Of a DNA stretch of 64,000 nt, positions 1 to 12,404 are shown piece after piece. How positions within the stretch are numbered: position 1 is the stretch's first letter; each line of letters starts with the position of its first letter. Below the pieces are notes generated by a model that saw nothing but the letters and a program-made list of their open reading frames with translations, ran no database searches and was not told where the DNA came from. The position numbers and the translations under genes were made by a program. Location of the stretch: positions 240,500,001 through 240,564,000 of the forward strand of contig NC_086097.1 in the NCBI RefSeq assembly GCF_963921235.1, read 5' to 3'. The DNA is from Mobula hypostoma. Lineage: Eukaryota.

Positions 1-972
1 ACACAAAAGTTGCTGGTGAACGCAGCAGGCCGGGCAGCATCTCTAGGAAGAGGTGCAGTCGACCTTTCAGGCCGAGACCCTTCGTCAGGACTAACTGAAG
101 GAAGAGTGAGGGATTTGAAAGTTGGAGGGGGAGGGGGAGATCCAAAATGATAGGAGAAGACAGGAGGGGGAGGGATGGAGCCAAGAGCTGGACAGGTGAT
201 TGGCAAAAGGGATACGAGAGGATCATGGGACAGGAGGTCCGGGAAGAAAGACAAGGGGGGGGGACCAAGAGGATGGGCAAGGGGTATAGTCAGAGGGACA
301 GAGGGAGAGAAAGGAGAATGAGAGAAAGAATGTGTGCATAAAAATAAGTAACAGATGGGGTATGAGGGGGAGGTGGGGCATTAGCGGAAGTTAGAGAAGT
401 CGATGTTCATGCCATTAGGTTGGAGGCTATCCAGACGGAATATAAGGTGTTGTTCCTCCAACCTGAGTGTGGCTTCACCTTTACAGTAGAGGAGGCCGTG
501 GATAGACATGTCAGAATGGGAATGGGATGTGGAATTAAAATGTGTGGCCACTGGGAGATCCTGCTTTCTCTGGCGGACAGAGCGTAGATGTTCAGCAAAG
601 CGGTCTCCCAGTCTGCGTCGGTTCTCGCCAATATATAAAAGGCCACATCGGGAGCACCGGACGCAGTATATCACCCCAGTCAACTCACAGGTGAAGTGTT
701 GCCTCACCTGGAAGGACTGTTTGGGGCCCTGAATGGTGGTAAGGGAGGAAGTGTAAGGGCATGTGTAGCACTTGTTCCGCTTACACGGATAAGTGCCAGG
801 AGGGAGATCAGTGGGGAGGGATGGGGGGAACGAATGGACAAGGGAGTTGCGTAGGGAGCGATCCCTGCGGAATGCGGGGGGGCGGGGGAGGGAAAGATGT
901 GCTTAGTGGTGGGATCCCGTTGGAGGTGGCGGAAGTTACGGAGAATAATATGTTGGACCCGGAGGCTGGTGA
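1..972 (-). mobile_element. Penelope-like element (PLE) 3' part: GIY-YIG endonuclease end, pyrimidine-rich 3' UTR and hammerhead-bearing terminal region (runs off window start)
   Basis: ORF 381..707(-) FTCELTGVIYCVRCSRCGLLYIGENRRRLGDRFAEH...PNGMNIDF is the PLE GIY-YIG signature (IY..C..C...YIGE.R); same terminal sequence recurs many times in the window. Confidence 0.9.
55..92 (-). ncRNA. Minimal type I hammerhead ribozyme motif of the PLE
   Basis: Minus strand AGTC-CTGACGA-A-GGGT CTCG GCCT-GAAA-GG-TC-GACT: stem I AGTC/GACT, CUGANGA core, stem II, GAAA, GUC site; other copies read AAACGTC/GAAACG here. Confidence 0.7.
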
Positions 973-1676
973 ATATTGAAAACTACTTCAATTTCTTTTG
1001 TCTTCTCATCCTTAACTTGAAGGTTCCTGGAAGCCCAGGATACTAGATTCCATTGTTACGTTGCCGGACCTTTGTTGATATTCACCTAACTGATTAGTTA
1101 GCATGCTGGTGCATAACTTCTGGGAAACTTACATCAACTGGCAGAGACTGAGTTGTATTTCCGTTCCAGTATGAGTCCTCAGCCTATTGGCTGCGCTCTG
1201 ATGTTGAACTCCAGTGTTGAGATCAGTGGCATGGCACAGACTTATTGCATGAACGGGAGCGGCCGTGGAGAAAAGTTGCAGCAGAAGATCATTTATGGTT
1301 CTCAGAATTACTAGTGATTCCTTGCTAGTTTGTCACTGCTTACGTTAGATCACTGGGCTCTCTTCCAGGGAAGGAGGGACCTGCATAGAAGAGACAGTTT
1401 GCTCCTGAATTGGAGGAGGGACTAATATCCTAGCGGGAGTGCTTGCTAGTGCTACATGGGGTGGGGATTAAACTAGAGTTGGAGGCGGGATGGGAACCAG
1501 AGTACCAGAACAGTTAGTGGAGAGGTTGTGGAGACAGATGTCGTTAAGACTTCAGACAAAGTCAGGAATTAAATGGTTGAGCATGGTATGACTTGTGTTC
1601 TAAACTGCGTATGTTACAATGCAAGAAGTATTGTAGGAAAGGCAGATTATCTCAGGGCATGGATCAACACATGGAA

Positions 1677-1970
1677 TTTATTTATTTCATTTATTTATGG
1701 AGATACAGCATGGAATAGACCATTCTGGCACTTCGAGCCGCACCACCCAGCAATCCCCATTTTAACCCTAGCCTAATCGCAGGACAATTTACAATGACCA
1801 ATTAACCTACCAACCAGTATGTCTTTGGACTCTGGGAGGAAACTGGAGCATCAGGAGGAAGCCCACACAGTCACAAGGAGAACATACAAGCTCCTTGCAG
1901 GCAGTGGCGGGAATTGAACCCAGGTCGCTATAAATGCTTGTGCTAACCACTATGCTGTCATGTCACCGCA
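1677..1970 (-). mobile_element. tRNA-derived V-SINE (HE1-like) with CR1-type 3' tail
   Basis: Minus strand: TAGTGGTTAGCAC (A-box region), GGTTCAATTCC (B box), V-domain-like TGTATGTTCTCCTTGTGACTGTGTGGGCTTCCTCC...TTTCCTCCCAGAGTCCAAAGAC, tail GGCTCGAAG...GCTGTATCTCCATAAATAAA; splits the CR1 endonuclease frame after WINTWN. Confidence 0.8.
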
Positions 1971-2194
1971 GCTACAATATTATGTTCTTGTAGCCGTTAG
2001 TGAGACTTAGTTGCAAGAGGGGCAGAACTGGCAATATTCTGGAGTTTTAGACTCAACAGAAGGAGGGATTAAAGGGAGAGGGATGGAGCTATTAGTCAGG
2101 GAAAATGTCACGACAGTGCTCAGTCAGGACAGACTGGAGAACTCATCTAGTGAGGTGCTATGGGTGGAACTGAGAAATAAGCAAGGCATGACTA

Positions 2195-2883
2195 CGTAAG
2201 GGGTTTCTTCTTTTATGTTACTGCTAAGGCTAATAAAAATGGCTTCTTTGGTATGTTAACTGCTGAGAAAGTGCTTCTCTCTCGAAGCTTGTTTGGGTTA
2301 TAATTACTGATAAGAGAACTGTATTCATTTGCAAACCAATTGGGATAGATGTTATTCTTTCTTGTGTGTATGTAAGCTACTGTTTTCACGGGCTTTGGGG
2401 GAGAAGGCGCTATGGGGACAGAGAGAGGAGACGTGATGCTGTAAGCTGGCTGATGGAACGGACCCTGAGTGGGAGTCCAAGGCCCAGGGTCTTCGGCGAG
2501 GAGAGGAGACGAAGACAGACTCGTGTGGAGTGTCTGGTCAACCGCCGTGGTTGGTCCTAGGTGGCGGGTCGAGGAGGTCAGAGGGGATTGAAGGGTGGAA
2601 AGAAGACTCCGTTAACTGAGCTCCAACTGCTGTGCACGAAGTGGTTGAACTTTGATAAGATTGGCGCCTTTTACTTTTCCTTTTATATTTTATCTCTATT
2701 AATTACATCGTTCCAGTAAGATCTATAAAGTGTAATCATTTAATCGCATATGGTGTATTGTCTGTTATTTGGCGGGGTGGGGTACATCACACAGCATCCA
2801 CACAAAATTGATTACCCAGTTTGGCTGGGCCAAAGGCTGCTCCCCCTAGACGAAAGTGAGCTGAGGCTTACCAGGGGGCTACA
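2195..2883. mobile_element. Solo-LTR-like insertion (Gypsy-like)
   Basis: Starts CGTAAG (TG-type end with a change), ends GGCTACA; ACTA duplicated at 2191-2194 and 2884-2887; removal restores CR1 frame GMTT-LMGLYYR. Confidence 0.65.
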
Positions 2884-5564
2884 ACTACGTTAATGGGGCT
2901 ATATTACAGACTCAGAAGAAGAACACAGTCCATCGAAGTGAGGCAAAGCAGCAGATAGGTTATGGGACTAAGCTTGCGGTCTTGAGGTAAATTAGGGAGC
3001 ACAAATCCCCAGGGCCTGACAAGGTGTTTCCTCGAACCCTGTGGGAGAAAGTTCAGAAACTGAAGTGGCTCTAGCAGAGATATTTAAATCATCATTAGCA
3101 ACAGGGTCAGAGAATGTTGAATCTTTATGGGTCGAGTTAAGAAACTGAAAGGGTGAAAATACCATCATGGAAATCATATATAAGGCATCCAAATAGTAGC
3201 CAAGATGTGGGGTTGAGATTGCAAAGGGAGCTGGAAAAGGCATGTGATAAGGGTAATGACACAATTGTAATAAGGGACTTCAATATGCAAGGGGATTGAG
3301 AAAATCAGGTTGGAGTCAGATTGCAAGAGAGGGAATTTGTTGAATGTCTACAAGATGGCTTTTTTAGAGCAGCTGGTGCTTGTGCCTACTCGGGGAAAGG
3401 CAATCTTACATTGGGTGCTGTGTTATAATCAAAGATCTTATTAGGGAGCTTAGTGTAAAGGAACCCTTAGGAGGCAGTGATTATAATATGACTGAAGTCA
3501 GACTGCAAATTAAAAGAGAGAAGCAGAGGTCACATGTATCAGTATTGCAATGGAATGAAGGGAATTACAGAGACATGAGAGAGGAGCTTGCCCAGGTGGA
3601 TTGGAGGAAAATACTGGTGGGGATGATGAAAGACCAGAGATAACTGAAGTGTCTGGGAATAGATCACAAGGAACAAGATAGATATGTCCTACAGAGGAAG
3701 AAGTTCTCAAATAGCAGGGGTAGGCAACCGTGGCTAACAAAGGAAGTTAAGGACTACATAAAAGCCAAGGAAAGGGCATATAGGTAGCAAAAGTGAGTGG
3801 GAAGTTGGATGATTGGGAAGATTTTAAAATCCAACAATAGGCAACTAAAAATGTGAAAAGGGAAAAGATGAAATATGAGGGCAGACTAGCCAATAATATA
3901 AAGCAGGATATCAAAAGTTTATTTTCAGTTATACTAAAGAGTAAAAGCGAGGTGAAAGTTTATATTGGACCACTGGAAAATAATGCTGGTGAGGTAGTAA
4001 TGAGGGGCAAAGAAATGGCAGGTGAACGTAACTGATACTTTGCATCTATCTTCACTGTGGAAGACATTTGCAGTGTGCCAGATGTCTGTGAGGAGGAGTG
4101 AGTGTCATTGCTATTACAAAGAAAAAAGTGCTAGGCAAACTCAAAGGACTTAAGGTGGATAAGTCACCTGGGCCAGATGGACTACATCCCAGAGTCCTGA
4201 GAGAGGTTGCTGAAGAGATAACAGATGCATTGGTCATGATCTTTCAAGAATCACATGATGCTGGCATGGTCCTGGAGGATTGGAAGATTGCAAATATCAC
4301 TCCACTCTTCAAGAAAGGAGGAAGGCAAACAAAAGGAAATTATAGGCCAGTTAGCCTAACCTCATGTGGTTAGGAAAGTGTTGGAGTCTATTGTTAAGGA
4401 TGATGTTTCGAGATACTTGGAAACTAATGATAAAATAAGTCAAGGTCAGCATGGTGTCTGTGAAGGGAAATCTTGCCTGGCAAATCTGTTAGAGCTCTTC
4501 AAGAAAATAACAAACAAGGTGGACAAAGGAAAAGCAGTGAATGTCATATGGTGAGAAGGCAGGTGTATGCGTTGAGTGGGATCTAGGATCAGCCTTGACA
4601 GAATGCAGAGCAGACCCAATGGGCTGAATGGCCTAACTCTGCTCCTATGCCTTATGGTCTTATGGACTGTGCTGGCAGGTGAGGTACCAGAAGGTTGCAA
4701 GATGGCTAATGCTGTTCCACCGTTTAAGAAAGACTCTAAGAATAAACCAGAAAATTATAAACTGGAGAGCCTGACACCTGTAGTTGGAAAGTTATTGGAA
4801 GGTATTCTAAGAGATTAGATATATGAGTATTTGGATAGACAGGGACTGATTAGGGACCGTCATCATAGCATTGTGCGAGGTAGGTCATGTCTAACCAATT
4901 TATTGAATTTTTGAAGAATTACCAGGAAAGTTGACAAAGGCAAAGCAGTGGAAGTTTGGTCAAGAAGGTTCAGTCACTGGAGTTCAAGATGAGGTAGTAA
5001 TTTGGATTAGACATTGGCTTTGCTGAAGAAGCCAGACAGTGGTGGAAGATGATTGCCTCTCTGACCGGAGGCCTGTGGCTAGAGGAGTGTCACAGGGATC
5101 GGTATTGGGTCTGTTGTTGTTTGTCTCTATCTGGGTGACAAGGTGATCAACTGGATCAGCAAATGTGAGGATGGCACCAAGATTGGGGGTGTAGTGGACA
5201 GCGAGGAAGACTATCAGAGCTTTCAGCAGGCCCTGAACCAGCTGACAATATAGGCTGAGAAACAGGAGATGGAATTTCACGCAGACAAATGTGAGGTGTT
5301 GCTCTTTGGGAGAACCAGCCAAGATAGGTCTTACACAGTGAATGGTAGGACGCTAAAGAGTACAGTAGAGGAAAGGGTTCTGGGAATACAGGTCCCTAAT
5401 TTTATTGAAGGTGCATCACAGGTAGATAGGATCATAAAGAAATCTTTTGGCAATTTGGCCTTCATAGATCAAAGATTGGGAGTTGGGATGGTCTGTTGAA
5501 GTTGTATAAGACTTTGGCAAGGCCTACTTTGGAGTATTGTATACAGTTTTGGTTACCTACCTAT

Positions 5565-5960
5565 GCAGATCAGGCAACATTGATGGAGGCAAATAAACAG
5601 TCGGTATTTTGGGCCAAAACCCTTCATCATGACTCTGTAGAAAGGGACAGGGGTCAGGATAAGAAGGTGAGGGGAGGAGGGGGAGTACAAACTGGAAGGC
5701 CATAGGTAAGACCAGCTGAGGGGGGAAGGCAGGTGGTTGGTGGGTGTGGATGAAGTAAGAAGCTGGGAGGAGATAGTTGGAAGAGGTAAAAGTCAGAAGA
5801 AGTAGATAGTACACCTTCTTCCCCTTTCTCTTCCAGTCCTGCTGAAGGGCTTTGGCCCAAAATGCACATTTCCCTTCACAGATGCTACATTCTTACTGTG
5901 TTCCTAGAGCATTTTGCACGTGTTGCTCAGGATTTCCAGCATCTGTAGAATCTTTTGTGT
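5565..5960. mobile_element. Two PLE terminal fragments in inverted orientation
   Basis: 5565-5805 matches the PLE end at 1-200 (minus); 5810-5960 is the opposite strand (CCAGTCCTGCTGAAGGGCTTTGGCCCAAAA...GATTTCCAGCATCTG). Confidence 0.75.
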
Positions 5961-6222
5961 CCAGGAAGGAGGCTCAGCTAGCTGCATGTGCAGAGGGGTG
6001 CCTTCCAGGTGCTGAGAGATATGGGGGAGGAAACTGCACTTTGTGGCTTTTTTGAGTGTTGTTCCATTCCGAGTTGCACTAAATCAGCAGCTGAGACAGG
6101 ATAGTAGGTACTGTGTAGGAGGAGGTTTCGTTGCCCATATTTGACCTAGTCCTATAAAAATTCATGGCGTCTGAAGACAGAAGTGAAGATTCCTAAGAAC
6201 TATTTCCTTCTACCTAGATAGA

Positions 6223-6731
6223 CGCTCAGTGGCCACTTTATTAGGTACACTCGTAAACCGGCTTGTTAATGCAACTATCTATCCATTCAATAATGTGGCA
6301 GCATGGGGAATTATCGGAAAGGGGGAGAAATGTGCTCTAAGTGACTTTGATCATGAGTGCCAGATGAGGTGGTTTGAGTATCTCAGAAACTGCTGATCTC
6401 CCGGGGTTTTTATGCACAACCGTCTCAAGAGTTTACAGAGAATGATGCAAAAACAAAAAGAAAATCCAATGATTGTCAGTTCTGTAGGAAAAATGCCTTG
6501 TTAATGAGAGAAGTCAGAGAAGATTGGCCAGACTGTTTCAAGCTGACAGGAAGGTGATAGCAACTCAAATAACCACACGTTACAACAGTGGTGTGCAGAA
6601 GAGGATGTATGTACACACAACACATCGAACCTTGAAGTGGATGGGCTACAGCAACAGGAGACCACTAACATACACTTACAGGCTACTTTATTAGGTATAG
6701 GAGATACCTAATAAAGTGTGGCCACTGATTG
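6223..6731 (+). mobile_element. Tc1-like DNA transposon, internally deleted (HTH DNA-binding region remnant only)
   Basis: TIRs CTCAGTGGCCACTTTATTAGGTA / TACCTAATAAAGTGTGGCCACTGA followed by TA; internal translation GLSISETADLPGFLCTTVSRVYRE* and QRRLARLFQADRKVIATQITTRYNSGVQK...RTLKWMGYSNRRP. Confidence 0.85.
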
Positions 6732-6764
6732 TATCTGTTTTAGCATCTCTGCCAGACAGACTCT

Positions 6765-7230
6765 GGAATCAATTTCATTGACAAGGGTCCAGAGTCACAT
6801 ATAGGCTAGACTGGGTAAAGAGAACAGATTTCCTTCCCTGAAGACATTCTATAACCAGAAAATCAAAATGACACGCACAAAATGCTGGAGAAAATCAGCA
6901 GGTCAGGCGGCATTAATGAAGCGGAATAAATGGTCAACATTTTGGACCAAGAAGCTTCTTAAGGACATTGAATGTTTATTCGTCTCGATAGATGCCACCT
7001 GACATGACGAATCTTTCCACCACTCTGTGTGTGTTACTGTGTATTTCCAGCATCTGCAGAATCTCTTGCGTTTACAATAATCCAGTAATTTCCTTGTCAC
7101 CATTAATGATGGAAGTGAATTGCTTTTCATTTCCAGTTTATTTAGTTCACTGGATTTAAATGACCCAGCTGTTGCATGAGATTTGAACTTTATACTGTTA
7201 ATCCAGGTCTAACCCAGAAATAACTCTTCC
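6765..7230 (-). mobile_element. Old tRNA-derived SINE remnant split by a PLE fold-back insert
   Basis: Minus-strand B-box-like AGTTCAAATC near 7180-7189, body ...GGGAAGGAAATCTG...TATATGTGACTCTGGACC resembling elasmobranch SINE bodies; degenerate. Confidence 0.45.
6868..7072. mobile_element. PLE-derived fold-back (inverted) short element
   Basis: ACACGCACAAAATGCTGGAG...GGTCAGGCGGCAT...GAATAAA versus TTTATTC...GATGCCACCTGAC...TGTGTGTGT; ends ATTTCCAGCATCTGCAGAATCTCTTG. Confidence 0.7.
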
Positions 7231-7361
7231 ATTGTTCATTGTTTAAAACCAGAGACATCAAATAGACTAAGAAGACTTGAATGCTGTTTTAAGAAAAAGA
7301 AGTTTAGAAGTTTGCAGAATTCTTTATGGTTGAAATAAGATCAGTAATCCTCCTTGTTCTT

Positions 7362-7697
7362 TTCAATAGGTTTCAATAGGTACAATTTAATGTCAAAAAT
7401 GTGAACAATACTGTATACATTCTGAAATTCTTCTTCTTCACAAACATCCACAAAAACAGAGAGTGCTCCAAAGAATGAATGACAGTTAGATGTTAGAACC
7501 CCAGAGCCCCCCAGCTCCCCAGTCCCATGCATAAGCAGAAGCAAAGTAACAACCCCCGACCCCACCAGCAAAAAAGCATCGAAACACCCCCACCGAGCAC
7601 TCAAGCGTGCAGCAATGCATCAATAAAGACACAGACTTGCAGTACCCCAAAAATGACTTTTTCACCCGGTAATTCAACATACCACAGGCTCTCTCGT

Positions 7698-7747
<50 letters not shown>

Positions 7748-8085
7748 CCTAATAAGGGAAAAAGAACTGTCCCCATTTTACAGTGAGGGGGAGACATAAC
7801 AAAGCAACTCATTGATTTATGGTGTTAAAATTCTGTTGCATCGCTTTTTCCGAGCTCTGTGCCCAAAGAACCTGGGTCTCTGGGCACACAGCCAGCAGCC
7901 AGCACCTTGAAGGCACACTAGTCTTTCAGACCGCATCCTTGGCATATCAACAAGAGGCCAGTCATGAGCAGGCCCCATTTCCACAAAGAACTGAAATCAG
8001 CGTGTAACTCCAGGTCAGAGTCTTCAAAAGAACCTTGAAAAGGAGAGAAAGAGATATCAGAGATAGAAATAGAGCTGTTGCTGGG
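7362..8085 (-). mobile_element. Probable non-autonomous retroposon with internal (CT)n
   Basis: Minus-strand end ATTAAA-TTGTA-(CCTATTGAAA)2 resembles a LINE-type tandem tail; no coding similarity seen. Confidence 0.4.
7688..7745. repeat. (CT)n microsatellite
   Basis: Direct observation. Confidence 0.95.
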
Positions 8086-8579
8086 GGTTTGTGTTGCATG
8101 ACCAGCCTGAATTTCTCTATTCTAAGAAGCACAAATGTTCAAAACATCTGTTCATACAAATTTACCCTCAACAGTTGAGGATTGAAGGTCAATTGGAAGC
8201 CAGAGCCCGATAGCCAGAACTCCGAGCCTGCAAATCTCTGTGAGTGCACTGAAGTCATAGGCCCAATGCCTGCAAGTCTGCAAATTTCTGCGAGAGCACT
8301 GAGATGTCGAAGGCCCAATATCATAAGAACGTAAGACCATAAGATATAGGAGCAGCAGAAGGCCATTCAGCCCATCGAGACTGCTCTGCCACTCAATCCT
8401 GGGCTGATCCTACTTCCAAGCACCTTAAAACTGTGCCCTCTTATGTTAGCCATTTTAGCCCTGGGAAAAAGCCTCTGACTATCCACATGATCAATGCCTC
8501 TCATCACCTTATATACCTCTATCAGGTCACCTCTCATCCTCCATCGCTCCATGGAGAAACGGCCGAGTTCATTCAACCT

Positions 8580-10472
8580 ATGAGAGAAATCTGGCAGGGA
8601 ACATAAAAACTGACTGTAAAAGCTTTTATAGATATGTAAAAAGGAAAAGACTGGTAAAGACAAATGTAGGTCCCCTACAGACAGAAACAGGTGAATTGAT
8701 TATGGGGAGCAAGGACATGGCAGACCAATTGAATAATTACTTCGGTTCTGTCTTCACTAAGGAGGACATAAATAATCTTCCAGAAATAGTAGGGGACAGA
8801 GGGTACAGTGAGATGGAGGAACTGAGCGAAATACATGTTAGTAGGGAAGTGGTATTAGGTAAATTGAAGGGATTGAAGGCAGATAAATCCCCAGGGCCAG
8901 ATGGTCTGCATCCCAGAGTGCTTAAAGAAGTAGCCCAAGAAATAGTGGATGCATTAGTGATAATTTTTCAAAACTCATTAGATTCTGGACTAGCTCCTGA
9001 GGATTGGAGGGTGGTTAATGTAACCCACTGTTTAAAAAAGGAGGGAGAGAGAAACCGGGGAATTATAGACCAGTTAGCCTAACATCGGTGGTGGGGAAAC
9101 TGCTGGAGTCAGTTATCAAAGATATGATAATAGCACATTTGGAAAGCGGTGAAATCATCAGACAAAGTCAGCATGGATTTGTGAAAGGAAAATCATGTCT
9201 GACGAATCTCATAGAATTTTTTGAGGATGTAACTAGTAGAGTGGATAGGGGAGAACCAGTGGATGTGGTATATTTGGATTTTCAAAAGGCTTTTGACAAG
9301 GTCCCACACAGGAGATTAGTGTGCAAACTTAAAGCACACGGTATTGGGGGTAAGGTATTGATGTGGATGGAGAATTGGTTAGCAGACAGGAAGCAAAGAG
9401 TGGGAATAAACGGGACCTTTTCAGAATGGCAGGCGGTGACTAGTGGGGTACCGCAACGCTCAGTGCTGGGACCCCAGTTGTTTACAATATATATTAATGA
9501 CTTGGATGAGGGAATTAAATGCAGCATCTCCAAGTTTGCGGATGACATGAAGCTGGGTGGCAGTGTTAGCTGTGAGGAGGATGCTAAGAGGATGCAGAGT
9601 GACTTGGATGGGTTGGGTGAGTGAGCAAATTCATGGCAGATGCAATTTAATGTGGATAAATGTGAAGTTATCCACTTTGGTGGCAAAAACAGGAAAACAG
9701 ATTATTATCTGAATGGTGGTCGATTAGGAAAAGGGGAGGTGCAATGAGACCTGAGTGTCATTATACACCAGTCATTGAAAGTGGGCATGCAGGTACAGCA
9801 GGCGGTGAAAAAGGCGAATGGTATGCTGGCATTTATAGCGAGAGGATTCAAGTACAGGAGCAGGGAGGTACTACTGCAGTTGTACAAGGCCTTGGTGAGA
9901 CCACACCTGGAGTATTGTGTGCAGTTTTGGTCCCCTAATCTGAGGAAAGACATCCTCGCCATAGAGGGAGTACAAAGAAGGTTCACCAGATTGATTCCTG
10001 GGATGGCAGGACTTTCATATGAAGAAAGACTGGATGAACTGGGTTTGTACTCGTTGGAATTTAGAAGATTGAGGGGGGATCTGATTGAAACGTATAAAAT
10101 CCTAAAGGGATTGGACAGGCTAGATGCAGGAAGATTGTTCCCGATGTTGGGGAAGTCCAGAACGAGGGGTCACAGTTTGAGGATAAAGGGGAAGCCTTTT
10201 AGGACTGAGAATAGGAAAAACTTCTTCACACAGAGAGTGGTGAATCTGTGGAATTCTCTGCCACAGGAAACAGTTGAGGCCAGTTCATTGGCTATATTTA
10301 AGAGGGAGTTCGATATGGCCCTTGTGGCTACGGGGATCAGGGGGTATGGAGGGAAGGCTGGGGCGGGGATCTGAGTTGGATGCTCAGCCATGATCATAAT
10401 AAATGGCGGTGCAGGCTCGAAGGGCCGAATGGCCTACTCCTGCACCTATTTTCTATGTTTCTATGTTTCTAT
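8580..10472 (+). mobile_element. Young 5'-truncated CR1 LINE, (CTATGTTT)n-tail family
   Basis: ORFs 8696..9082, 9088..9624 (QHGF, YLDFQKAFDKV, GVPQ.SVLGP, KFADD), 9775..10374; 3' hairpin GCAGGCTCGAAGGGCCGAATGGCCTACTCCTGC and tail CTATGTTT repeats. Confidence 0.95.
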
Positions 10473-11004
10473 TCTTATAAGGCATGCTCCCCAATCCAGG
10501 CAACATCCTTGTAAATCTCCTCTGCACCCTTTGTATAGTTTCCACATTCCTCCTGTAGTGAGGTGACCAGAACTGAGCACAGTACTCCAAGTGGAGTCTG
10601 AGGGTTCTATACAGCTGTAACATTACCTTTCAGCTCCTGAACTCAGTCCCATGGTTGATGAAGGCCAATGCGCTGTATGCCTTCTTAACCACAGAGTCAA
10701 CCTGCACAGCAGCTTTGAGTGTCCTATGGACACGGACACCAAGATCCCTCTGATCCTCCACACTGCCAAGAATCTTACCATTAATACTATATTCTGTCAT
10801 CATATTTGTCCTACCAAAATGAACCACCTCACACTTACCTGGGTTGAACTCCATCTGCCACTTCTCAGTCCAGTTTTGCATCCTATCGATGTCCCACTGT
10901 AACCTCCGATAGCCCTACACATTATCCACAACACCCCCAACCTTTGTGTCATCAACAAACTTACTAACCCATCCCTCCACTTCCTCATCCAGTTAATTCA
11001 TAAA

Positions 11005-11605
11005 AATAGACAATAAACAATAGACAATAGACAATAGGTGCAGGAGTAGGCCATTCGGCCCTTTGAGCCAGCACCGCCATTCACTGTGATCATAGCTGAT
11101 CATCCACACTCAGTATCCAGTTCCTGCCTTATCCCCATAACCTTTGATTCCGCTATCTTTAAGACCTCTATCCATCTCTTTCTTGAAAGCATCCAGAGAC
11201 TTGGCCTCCACTGCCTTCTGGGGCAGAGCATTCCACATATCCGCCACTCTCTGGGTGAAAAAGTTTTTCCTCAACTCCGTTCTAAATGGCCTACCCCTTA
11301 TTCTTAAACTGTGGCCTCTGGTTCTGGACTCACCCATCAGCAGGAACATGCTTCCTGCCTCCAGCATGTCCAGTCCCTTAATAATCTTATATGTTTCAAT
11401 CAGATCCCCTCTCATCCTTCTAAATTCCAGTGTATACAAGCCCAGTCACTCCAATCTTTCAACATAGGACAGTCCCGCCATCCTGGGAATTAACCTTGTG
11501 AACGTACGCTGCACTTCCTCAATAGCAAGAATGTCCCTCCTCAAATTTGGAGACCAAAACTGCACACAATACTCCAGGTGTGGTCTCACCAGGGCCCTGT
11601 ACAGG
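11005..11605 (-). mobile_element. CR1 3' fragment with (TCTATTG)n tail nested in family C copy
   Basis: CAATAGA repeats at 11005-11037; ORF 11110..11439 LEFRRMRGDLIETYKII. Confidence 0.85.
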
Positions 11606-12404
11606 AATAGGGGTTCCAGAACAGATCCCTGAGGCACACCACTGGTCACCTACCTCCATGCAGAATATGACCCGTCTACAACCACTTTTTGTCTTCTGTG
11701 GGCAAGCCAATTCTGGATCCACAATGCAAGATTCCCTAGGATCCCATGCCTCCTTACTTTCTCAATAAGCCTTGCATAGGGTACCTTATCAAATGCCTTT
11801 CTGAAATCCATATACACTACATCTTCTGCTCTACCTTCATCAATGTGTTTAGTCACATCCTCAAAAAATTCAATCAGCATAGTAAGGCACAACCTGTCTT
11901 TGACAAAACCATGCTGACTATCCCTAATCATATTATGCCTCTCCGAATGTTCATAGGATATTCTCCATAAGTTAACCAACCACTGAAGTAAGACTCACTG
12001 GTCTATAATTTCCTGGGCTATCTTTACTCCCTTTCTTGAATAAGGGGACAACATCTGTTAGCCTCCAATCCTCCAGAACCTCTCCCGTCCCCATTGGTGA
12101 TGCAAAGATCATTGCCAGAGGCTCAGCAATCTCCTCCCTCACCTCCCACAGTATCCTTGGGTATATCTCCTCCGGTCCTGGTGATTTAACTAACTTGATG
12201 CTTTCTAAGAGCTCCAGCACATCCTCTTTCTTGATATCTACATGCTTAAGCTTTTCAGTCTGCTGTAAGTCATCCCTACAATCGCCAAGATCCTTTTCTG
12301 TAGTGAATACTGAAGCAAAGTATTCATTAAGCCCCTCTGATATCTCCTCCTGTTCCATACACACTTTTCCACTGTCAAACTTGATTGGTCCTATTCTCTC
12401 ACAT

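Larger units (their letters stand above)
1326..5565 (+). mobile_element. Degenerate CR1-clade LINE (ORF1 end, APE endonuclease, RT fragments), interrupted by a V-SINE, an LTR-like insert and a second CR1 (about 3103-4665)
   Basis: ORF fragments NARSIVGKA, LWVELRNK, KSPGPDGLHPRVLRE, NYRPVSLTS, DKCEVLLFGR, LYKTLARPTLEYCIQFW; many stops and frameshifts. Confidence 0.85.

Noticed and set aside
975..1325. Minus-strand exon ending at a GTAAGT donor near 1132
   Set aside because: No matching acceptor or recognisable peptide
9282..9986. Recurrent antisense ORFs (MNLLCTPS..., MPPKWITSHL...)
   Set aside because: Shadow frames of CR1 ORF2, repeated only because the LINE is repeated
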